A DNA stretch of 64,000 bases from Ramazzottius varieornatus (taxonomy: Eukaryota > Animalia > Tardigrada), in NCBI GenBank assembly GCA_001949185.1, contig BDGG01000002.1, forward strand, positions 3,896,448-3,960,447, in the 5' to 3' direction. This document shows positions 38,824-49,046 of the stretch, piece after piece; the first letter of the stretch is position 1; the number at the start of each line of letters is the position of its first letter. A program made the position numbers and the translations under genes. The notes beneath the pieces were generated by a model, which was not told the origin of the DNA, did no database searches, and saw nothing but the letters and a program-made list of their open reading frames with translations.

Positions 38824-40087
38824 ACGTTTTTCCATCCTTCTTTCATTCCGGCTGTCACAGATGTCGAGCCGTCAAGAAAACATCCTTGATGCGAGGATGT
38901 TGCAACTCGGAACATTTAGGTTTACTGGGATACTGAAAGCCGAAGCCGACTGGAGCATGTCGTTGTTTACGGGCTGGTCAGCTCGTTCTCCGAATTTTGA
39001 TTAGAATGTTTGCGCATCCGAGCTGTCTACACCGGTCTGCTGAATATCTAAGGGATTTTTTAGAAATCACTCGAGACTGATTACATGGCGGAGATCCCCA
39101 GCACCATGTGCAGGAAAGCATCTAACACAAGGGGCGAAGAGAGGCCCGCGTGCAGACGAGAAGACCCAGCGCGCCTGAAGGTCCATTCGACAGGAAAGGG
39201 TTTCCCGTGATCAGCGGAACCAGAAAAAAAAACGGGCTTAGAGACAGGTTAGACTGTGCTCCGGTGCCTGGATGTGTCAAGAGATACCCGGCACGTAATC
39301 GGAGTGTAAGTTGGCGCGAGCTTAATTACCGTAGAACCTCAGGTACTTCAGACAAGGCCACGCTTGGTTGCTCGAGCCTCGTGATTAACAATTTGTCTCG
39401 TTAGCGCCGTGTAATTACCACCCGTTCCTCATCAACCGAAACAAGGAAGCGGTAGAAAAAATTCTTGTGTCACAGGTTTGTTCGCACTGAAGGACAAACC
39501 GTCGCGCGAGCAAGGTTGGGTTCCCCGCTGTGAAGAACCCGCAGTGGTGTCGCCAACAGTGGCGGCCAAAAAAGTGTCAAGTTTTCGCTGAGGAAAGATG
39601 CTATCGAAGGCCAATGCCGCGGATTAGAAACTCTGCAGCACTTTGGCTTGTCAAGCGGTAAGTCTACGAGAAGTTCATGGCTGGACAAGTGCTAGCGTGG
39701 CGAACTAGACAAATCCAGGGATCGGATAATTGCACCAGATTGTGCTGCACACGCGTTTTTGTTGGGGCGGAAGTGCCGCACAAATTGTCTTAATAAGCAG
39801 AAAAGATGATCTTGGCATTGCAGGTTAATCTGTATCAAAGCCATCATACCCATATTCTCTACAGCATCAACTACACTTTTGAATGACTGTGTGTGGATTG
39901 TGATTGATGTTTGGCACAGTGCTGGGGAAGTGTTCTTTCAACTTCTTTGGGGCCGAGACCATTTGGCTTGGTCCTTAGATTTTGCCCGGACACGCTCAAT
40001 GAATTTTCGTGATTGACAGGAACAAACTTCACTGAACTCAAGTTTCACAATATTTTATGAATGTTCGTAGCTTCGAAACTAATAAAT

Positions 40088-40208
40088 TGGACACGGGTAT
40101 ATGATTTGAACCAGATCGTTTTTCTCTAGTGGCGCTAATCAGCCCCTAACAGCGCAAACCTGAGCCATTTGACGTAACGATCTGGTTCAACTCATTTGCC
40201 CACGTCCC
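40088..40208. mobile_element. MITE-like copy, intergenic
   Basis: ggacacgggtatatgatttgaaccagatcgttttt..aacgatctggttcaactcatttgcccacgtccc. Confidence 0.8.
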
Positions 40209-41320
40209 GAATGTCATCTCGAGTTTGTCAGATTACCTAACCGGAAGGTTCCAGTCTGGATTTTTTGCGACACATGGACAAATGTTGTGGATGCCCCAAA
40301 ATTCTTTCGATCGAAAGTCAACACTGAAACTTACCGGTATTTCCGTCAATGAAGTTTCTTGCGGCTTGCCGGCTTGGTCGATTGTTGTCAGACGGAACAC
40401 AGCTTCCTTCAGAAGTACAAAGAAAAATGCAGTTAGCTCACAAAGAAGGCAAACAATGATGGATGACTTGTCGAGACTTTCTGAAAGCTCCTCGAGAGAG
40501 TAGTGTTGCAACAAAGTGGACAACCGGCCAAAACTCGGAATAATATCCCTCTAAAATGATATCCACACCTTACTGTAACGTTTGTCAACTTTGCTGGTAT
40601 GGCACACTGCTCAACTTCAACAACCCAGTCTGACCGGCACTTGACATGATGGACAGACAATATTGACGACATATTGGCCTATCCTTGTCCAATTGTCCAT
40701 CCTTTGTTCGGTCCACTTTGCTCTACAAAATGGCTTAGGAAAACACAGCATGAGCAAATATTACGAGGATACTCACTTCGAAATGTCGCAGAGGTCTTAC
40801 GCCTTTTCAATGGTCCAGTTTTGTCCGTTCCCAAGTTCCAGATGGTGTCCAAGTGCTTATGGCCAAGTCGGTAACCTACCAAAGGATAAAAGACATGCGT
40901 GAAGGATCGAGTGGAGTCGGTTGACCGTGAAACCTTGATCCATTGTCCAAACATGTATACACATATGCGGCAACATCCTAGCTGGAAATATGGTATATCT
41001 GTCATACCCAAATCCCCCCCATACGGAAGCTCTTCCGCGTTGACCGTATATGGGCTTAGCCTTGACACTTTTCCAGTTGACCAACATCCCATGCTTCAGA
41101 ACCAAGCAGCCATGGCATTTCGACAAGGAGATAGGCCGAGGGCCGAGAACTTGACGGTCTCTCGCGCACCTGCCATAAGAAACTAATGTGTTCTTCGCGG
41201 TCTAAACGACTACGGTGTTTGCCTCAGTTTGAGTTCTCTGTGAAGTTATATGTGCAGAGTGATGCTTCGTGCCTTTGGTAATAATTTCAAAATTTGAACT
41301 GGAACTACCGTACTGCATTT

Positions 41321-41446
41321 GAAAGGTGGGCAAATAAATAATTTAACCAGATCGTTTTCCCAAAGGGCGCGCACTTCCGGCCAATAACAATGGAAACGTG
41401 CGCCACTTCAGATAACGATCTGATGCCATTCATGCGCCCAAGTCTC
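41321..41446. mobile_element. MITE-like copy, intergenic
   Basis: gtgggcaaat..accagatcgttttcccaaagggcgcgcac..gtgcgccacttcagataacgatctg..gcccaagtctc. Confidence 0.8.
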
Positions 41447-42088
41447 AACGTATTTTTCAAAGTTTCTGTTTGGCTACAGGACGGAATAGTCGCAGACTGA
41501 GCGCTTCGGTTTTAGGAACGGTAATAATCTCCTTAGTGCAGATTATGAAGCTCCAGAATGTTTTCAAAACTCCAGGAACGCTGTTCTGAAGTCACACTTC
41601 CGGCGTCTCCAATACCCGTCTCCAATACCTATGTATTTTATTATTGGCAGTTAGCACCCACCCTCAAAATGGCGGTCTTTTGCGCAACCCAGCAACCACC
41701 AATGTTATTGCACCGCCAAGGTTCTCGGCGGAAAACACGGCGAATTAGAGTAGCCACACCACGTTTGGCATAGCGCATGTAGTAGATCCAACTGACGTGC
41801 AGTTTCTTGCCGGCGAACGGCACGGGTTATAATCTCAGCTGTTTGACTTACTATATTAGAAGAGACATCTAACGGCCTTCCACAACACAAAATCATACGA
41901 CTGTTCATCCTACCTGTTAACTTATTTTTCGGATGGTGGTGTGCTGAACGTTCGGCAGCCTGGACGGCGACGGAGGTCATCTGTTGGGACGAGGTCTCCG
42001 CACTGCTGCCCCCTGCCGCACTTTCCCCGTTCCCGTTGACGCTCTCCGCGTCCACTTCGAGCTTTCGGTCACGATCGACCACGACGAG

Positions 42089-43509
42089 ATGGAAACTCGC
42101 GCTGCCAAGCGTCTTCGGGAGAGCCAGCAGAATGCTGACGGGCCCCATATTTCTGGAAAAACAGATGCCAACGGAAAGCTGTCAGACAGCCGCGATTCTC
42201 TGGTTGAAAGGAAAGTAAAAAAGAGACGCCGACGAGGGGCGAAACGTGTACCTACCTTTGACGATCTTTCCGATGATACACTCATCAAGATTTTCAGCAA
42301 TCTGGAGTTTGAAGATCTATGCTCCTTGCGTCTGTAAGTGAACAAAGAAAAAGTGGGCGCCAACTCCCAGAATCAAAACTTCTCTCAGTGTGGCTAACTC
42401 GAACTGGATATTGTCTCCTTATCAAGTATTTTGGTCCTGTTATCTTCGGTTTGTTCTTCGCAACCTGAAAAATTTTGCATACTTCACTTTTTTCCACGAG
42501 CTCTCGTGCTCGATTCAGAATTTACACCATTATCATTCTGTTCGACTAAACAGTTCGTCACGAGATGGCGTTAGTGCAATATCTCTGCTTGCTTTCAGTG
42601 TGGGAAAGCGCTGGAATAGGATTCTAAGTTCCGGTCGACTGTTGGAAAACATTACCTTTCGGATCCACGAATATAAACGACTGGAAGACGAAGAAGCCCG
42701 TAATCGCCTAGAGCGTGGTCTGAAGCCGGTGATGCCACACGTTCGGGAGATCACTCTTTGCGGATCTGCAAAAGAGATGGTCAATCCTGACAATACATTG
42801 GACAAGCGTACGCGTCAACAAGTGTGCATCATCGAGAACATTACGGATGTCTTACGCAAAGCCAAGCCATTCTTCCTTCGTAAGATCGTCCTGGAGAACG
42901 TCCTGATCGACCCTGATGCTTTGGCGTTCACTTGGAGGATCTCCCGCAGTTCCAAAGTCCACCTGAAAAATGTCAAGATGGACGTGGACCAGTGGCTGCT
43001 GCTTCCATCCTTCTATCCGTCGCCCAACTGCGAAGAACCTACAAACACGCAGAACTTCACTTTGTACATCGAAGACACGATGCTGGCCAACTGTCCTACT
43101 CCGGCGGACTGGATGAAGAAAATCTTCTTACGCTCAGGCCGCATGATGCCGCTGGTGGTCCAGTTGCTGAAACAAACTTGCACTCCGCCGAACGAAGAGG
43201 AAATGAAGAAGATCCAGACCGCCTGTCAGACTGTGGACGAAGAGGAAATGCGGAAGTTTATCCAGAAACTGCTTGAAAGGTTCGCATAAATTAGAGTTTC
43301 CATTTACTCGTACTTTGTCTCAAAAATCTCACCACACTAATGATCAAGTTTGCAGATACGAACCGAATAATCCATACCTCTTCGGCGATGGCATGCCTCC
43401 GATGAAGAAAGTGGACATGAGTTCGCTAAGTTCCGTCGTCCTTCGATTGCTGGAATGGTGGTCCAACTGGCCTTTAAACGACTCGACGAGGAACGGTTAT
43501 AGCGCCTAG
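42089..43509 (+). CDS. F-box protein with basic NLS and lineage-specific C-terminus
   Basis: KVKKRRRR, then F-box FDDLSDDTLIKIFSNLEFEDLCSLRL/VGKRWNRIL split by an intron; 3 exons; last exon YEPNNPY..NGYSA. Confidence 0.85.
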
Positions 43510-43702
43510 AACTGCCAGCAACGTCCATACAGTCTTCGCTCTGTAGCTGGCGTAGACAGCGTTTTTATTTAGCTATCTGTTTCAGACGAAAATAGACATA
43601 TAGCATGTTTAGCTCACCCGCGGATGAAATCGACGCGCGTTTGAAGTCCTACTCGTCTGACGCACGTAGCATTCTTTGGTCGCGGTTCGTACTTTCGGGG
43701 GG

Positions 43703-43758
43703 ACTATCTTCTCGATCGTCGCACATCTTCTTGTTACTATCTTCTCGATCGTCGCACA
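43703..43758. repeat. 23-bp direct repeat, 2 copies
   Basis: actatcttctcgatcgtcgcaca at 43703 and 43736. Confidence 0.85.
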
Positions 43759-44070
43759 GATTACAGACTTTACAGAAAGAAGGAAATTGCGGAAGAGGGT
43801 TATTCTAGTTGGAAATAAAACTAGCTGGCATTCCGGAAAAAAAATCATTGTTCAAAGTTTGTTGTGGTTTCGCGCATCGTGCCAGATTGCATTGATTGAT
43901 CTACAAGGCGAGACGGACCGTGTGCAAGTGGGTATAATTCCCGGTGAAAGCGTGTTTTTCTTACGGCAAACGGTGTTTCCCCAGTCTACGCATCTGGAAA
44001 TCAGAAAATGCCCATTGATTCGGAAAAACGCAGAAGGATCCAGCTGAAAGTCAAGTATCTTCCTCTCCTC

Positions 44071-45215
44071 ATGCGAGCCGCTCGTGGTAACTTAGTTTTC
44101 TGTTCTCTGCTGGTATTCATGGTGCTCGTACCTTCTGTATCTCGAAACTTTTTCATTATGGCTTGGCGATCGAGTGGGAAAACGAATGGAGAGTTGGTGC
44201 GCGCGTTGAAGTCGAACGGACTTATCAGGGATCCCCGTGTCGAGCAAGCCATGCTCAAGACCGACAGGAAGAACTACTGCAAAACCAACCCGTACACGGA
44301 CTCTCCTCAGGTAAGGCATCGGTATTCCACTCTAGAACGGTTTAGATTACTGGATGCACCGATAGACTGCAGCGTGGAAGGAATGAAATTTGTGTACTTC
44401 TGTCCACGTGCGCACTACGTCATTGAACGGACAGTTTGAATCTGTATCATGCGCAACTTTAGTCGGGCTTTTTATCCCACCATTTTGGAACTTCCGGTGA
44501 AACTTCTTCTCTGCTAGAACTGCATTTCAGCGTTGAAAATCGGAACCTTTCTTCGTTTCAGAGTATTGGATATGGAGTTACCATCAGCGCACCACACATG
44601 CATGCCAGCGCCTTGGACCTTATGGCCGATCAGCTGAAAGAAGGTGGGTCCAAGTCCACCTGCGACTTCCTGGTCTGATGGACTTGATAGTGTGGACTGT
44701 GGGGATCTCCCAGGAAGGATAGCTTAGTGTTTGTTGTAGGTACCAAGGCTTTGGATGTTGGATCCGGTTCAGGGTACCTCACGGCGGCAATGGGATATAT
44801 GGTCGGCCCCACCGGAAAAGTGATTGGTCTTGACCACCTCGAAAGCCTCGTGAACCTTTCTCGCGAGAACATTATGAAAAGCGATTCCGAACTTCTGACC
44901 TCGGGAAGAATACAACTTTACACGACAGACGGACGGAAAGGTTTCCCGTCGGAAGGACCCTACGACGCCATCCACGTTGGCGCAGCCGCACCCACAATAC
45001 CCCAAGCTTTGACTGACCAGCTAAAGCCAGGCGGAAGAATGATCATACCTGTCGGACCGGAAGGCGGTGATCAAGAACTGATGCAGGTGGACAAAAACGC
45101 AGACGGCACAGTAACATCGAAAAGCTTGATGGGTGTTATGTATGTTCCGTTGACCAGTGCGGAACACCAGTGGCCAGCAAGCAAAACGAGCAAAGGATCA
45201 GCGGCAGACCTTTGA
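44071..45215 (+). CDS. PCMT1: Protein-L-isoaspartate O-methyltransferase
   Basis: MAWRSSG at 44158; [70 protein letters not shown]. Additional in-frame upstream ATG at 44071. Confidence 0.97.
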
Positions 45216-45851
45216 TGGTTATGCTGATTTTATTTTGAACAGGTTTTTGTTTTACGTTACTCAGATCGTTCTGTTGTTGTGATGCAATCTTGCACTGTAT
45301 TTTTCAATAGTCTTCGCCGGCTTGTTGTACAGTAGTGTGTTCTGTGCATGGCGGTTTTGTAATCGTGAAACAGATTCTCACTCCGGTGACGATCCTTCGA
45401 CAATCCGAGAATCTGATATTTTCCGTCAGTACGCGCGTAGTTCGTTGATCTACAGATTATGATGCAGCGTGCGTTGGCAAACAAAAGAGGAATGTTCAAG
45501 CAAAATCATAATCCGTGGTCACGTTTAGTGTTGGGGCTTCCGGAAGTACCGGTGGTCAGTAATAAAACCGGACAATGGTTCCGTTGACCAGTCCACACTC
45601 CATGGAACAAAGGAAAACTACCAACTCTTGACACATTAACAGATTGATCCTTTGGCTGAACGGTTCGATACCGATTTAGAAAACAGACTTCTTCGTAACA
45701 CCTTGTAACAGTTCCGAAGGCTTCGAAACTGTTACATGGAGAAACCGAATTTTCATGAAGTATTAAAGCCTGTGTTCTTGGCAAACAGCAGATTTCACAC
45801 TTTCCGCACTTCTTTGCTTCGTTTGGCTGGGTTTTGTGACCAACTGGGATA

Positions 45852-46319
45852 ATGGCGAGTTTTCGGTGTATTGGAATTGTCCTCTTGATGGTCCTTGGCG
45901 GACAGTCAGCACCATTAGTCCGGAAAACCCGCCAGCTACCCGGATTTCCCTTGGGAAGCCAGCAAATTCTTCTGCCGCTTGCTCTGGGTACTTTCAACTT
46001 CACTCAGCCCGATTATTTGGTGAGCGGGCAGTTCACAGTGGAAGACCAAAGCAATAACGATATTCTCGTCGGAGAATCCTACGGAGTGATCACGAGAATG
46101 ATGGCCCTGTCTTCGACGGCCTCCACAGCAAGCGGCCGAAGCGAGACTGCCAGTTCCACGAGCTCTTCCGCGCCCGTCACCGCCGCCACCTGCTCCCCAG
46201 CGCCGAAGTGTCCGGACAGCGAAGGATGTACTCGGAGAGTCGTTGTAATGCAGCTTGACTCCTCTGGTTGTCCATTATACGGTTGTGCTGTGGACGAATG
46301 TCCGATGTTACCGCCTTAA
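45852..46319 (+). CDS. Small secreted orphan protein with Ser/Thr linker and 6-Cys C-terminal module
   Basis: Single 155-aa ORF; signal-like MASFRCIGIVLLMVLGGQSAP; RKTR site; Cys-rich tail. Confidence 0.75.
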   Translation: MASFRCIGIVLLMVLGGQSAPLVRKTRQLPGFPLGSQQILLPLALGTFNFTQPDYLVSGQFTVEDQSNNDILVGESYGVITRMMALSSTASTASGRSETASSTSSSAPVTAATCSPAPKCPDSEGCTRRVVVMQLDSSGCPLYGCAVDECPMLPP

Positions 46320-46501
46320 TTTTGTGCTATAATATAACGTTTTCAACCGCCGCCCTAACCCGACGCACTGATTTCATGGCATTCTTCAGAGAACCCATTC
46401 GCTCATCCAACAAAATTTTAACTTACATCAAACGGCAAACAAAAACTATGATTCCGAACTCAAAATCAGACGAGTAAGAGAAAACACAGCAAGTCTGAAA
46501 T

Positions 46502-47504
46502 TCAAGCTTGGCCAAACACAACCCCTTCTCCCGGTCTTTGGTAAGAGTCTCGAAGAGCTATGGCTTTTCTTTTAGCCTGATCCGCTAACTCGTCATTCTT
46601 CTCGCAACCTAACCCTCTTTTGAAGAGCTGATGCAGGTTCGCACATGCGTAAATATGATTCAAATTACAGGCTTTCTGCGAGTACTCGAAAGCTTTCCGA
46701 TCATTCTCTTTCTCCGCCGGCGATCTTTCTTCTGGTGGTTCGCTGGACGATTGCGCTTGTTGTTTCTTTCGCGATTTAACGTCCGGTAAGTACATGGTGC
46801 TAAGGTAATAACAGCTCTCTGCGTCGTTCTGCGAACATCCCTCCTCGAAGAGCTTCTTGCCTAGTTCTTTATCTTGTTTCGCTCCCAACTGACCTGTCCA
46901 CCTCAGTAATGCGGCCTGGTAGCACCCCACCGGATATTTGTTGTAGCAGGCTTTCTGGTGCGCAGCGAAGGCAACTTCGGCATTGGGCTCACAACCTAAG
47001 AGGAAGAAGAAACACCACTCTAGGTGAGAAACACATATAAGCGGAAGTTCCATCCGAGTAAGCTCACAGAACAATTTCGGCCCACAGAATACATCCTGTT
47101 TACCTCTTCCAAGCATTTTGTAGTTTCCGAACTTGAAGCAACTATGAGCGTAATTGTTCGTGTCGCAGTTCTGCTGATAAACGATTGAGGCTTTCTCGAA
47201 ATCCCGCGCAACGGATTCCATGAAGTCGCCCAAGCGATGACAGCCTGGAACCAATCCCAGTTTACCAGGGACATACATTTTTCTAGCATCTTACTTCGGA
47301 GTTTAGACCACGCAGAGGCATGATTTTCGGACTAGAACAGAACGACAGTAACCTCGGCCAGTTCCGTGCTTATATAGCCATATAACTAAGTTCAAACTGC
47401 TTACCATCCGGTCGTTTCTCCGAGTAACACTGAAACCTATACTCGATACCAATGTTCTGCAGATAGTCCTCCACCTCCTCTTTAGACTTTACTCCCAGAT
47501 CCAT
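46502..47504 (-). CDS. COA7: Cytochrome c oxidase assembly factor 7 (Sel1-like repeats)
   Basis: MDLGVKSKEEVEDYLQNIGIEYRFQCYSEKRPD/GCHRLGDFME..SCFKFGNY..KACNLNHIYACANLHQLFKRGLG; 3 exons. Confidence 0.95.
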
Positions 47505-49046
47505 TGCAGAGTATGTGCTTCCTTCTGAGGTTTCAGACGCAACAACCAGAATCAGAGTGGGTGCCAGAACTAGGCCTTACTGTCTTAGTAAAAACGAGAA
47601 AACCACTCCTCGTACTGTATATTGCGAGAGCTCCGCCCAAAAGGCTGGCCTTCCAGCGGAGCTTTAGAATGAATCATAGACCACTTGAGTCATCGAAGAA
47701 AGCTGTTCAGGCATTCTAAAGCCCTTAAATTGGGGCAAACTATGGCAAGCCTGATCTTATGGCTGAAGATTAAAGAAATTTCTTGGCACCGAAAGTAGTC
47801 TCTACCATCAGTCATCTGTTGTACGTACAGGCATAGTGCATTATTATACCTTGTTGATCGTGCAGTGCCGTCAAGTGGTACTATCAACAGGGTTATCAAT
47901 TCCGTGTTAATAAACACGCCAACATCTTCGAATGATTAGTACGGAATTGATTGATCAAATCCGAAATCACGACTCATGACTCATCAGAAACTTGGAAAAT
48001 TCGTCAAAAAAATTAGAAAAATCAAAAAAATCGGGGAATCATCCTGAGTAAAGGATCGTACTGTCTGGAGCTCGAGCTTCCTCTGATGAGTTTGCGATTC
48101 AGAGTGCCTTGGGTATTTTCGAAAGACATTGAACCTTGCAAGGCTTGCATTTCTGCGAGAGGTATAGAGAGAACCCCCTCAAGTTCTCATCCGATTGGGG
48201 AATGAAGAAACGAAACCCCGCAGTACTAAAGCCTTTCGTCAACTGATTGTTTGATCGTTGCGATGTTTCACAGAAATTTTGACAGCTGTCCCCAGTTCCC
48301 GTAGATTTCGGTGCACAACTGGAGGCATGTGTCAAAACTTGAAGTACATCTTCGCGCTAGTTGGGGATCGTGATTCTCTTCGGATCAAGTTCTCTCTCGG
48401 CACCTTTCTTTGCAGGTTTCGTTCGGGATTCTCAGCATCTTCTCGAGTGGTAGAAGCGGATTCATCGAACTGCGTACGGGACACCATCGTGGATAACGGA
48501 ATCCGCAGGGTATCGAAGCTCCGTTTCTCTTCGCACCTCGACCTCGTACACCTGCCCACCGGAAGCTGCCCACCCAGTTGTGCGGAAAGTCGTACTGCTC
48601 ACCGCCGTAGGCGCACTTTACCTGCGCTGATGTTATAGGCACTGTCACTGATACCCGCGGAAGTGTGTACTGAATGAACTATGGCAGTCCAACGTTCACT
48701 CTCGATGAGTTTACCTCGGATTTATGAACAGATGTAAGTTCTGTGTGTACGTGTACTCTTATGCGATTGTTCTTCGATATAAAACTACTTATGTGCCTCG
48801 ATCTTCTTGGACTCGAAAGTCAAGTTTGTGATTGCCACTTGAGTGAGCACTGACGTTACCACTGACGTGCTTGGTACAGGTGTGATCCCATCATCTATAG
48901 TCATTGTACCTTTCACCACAATTTTATGTGATTATTTTCGATGCCTATCGTTTCCATTCTTGCAGATCGATGCAAACTTCCACCATCTAAACAGTGGGAC
49001 CTTCCTCCTGTAACTTCACCGTATTGTTCTCCACGTTCTTCTGAAA

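Noticed and set aside
40655-41186. IDDILA..HEQIL..VLRL..SKC resembling a decayed Gypsy reverse transcriptase
   Set aside because: Spacing is wrong, and I see no upstream RT motifs or LTRs. A translated search against a TE protein library would be needed.
44484-44510. HSE-like GAA/TTC run in a PCMT1 intron
   Set aside because: Spacing is imperfect; there are not three correctly phased nGAAn units.
48258-48733. 126-aa ORF upstream of the nAChR-like gene
   Set aside because: No recognisable product; the flanking splice signals fit a 5' UTR exon of the receptor gene better.
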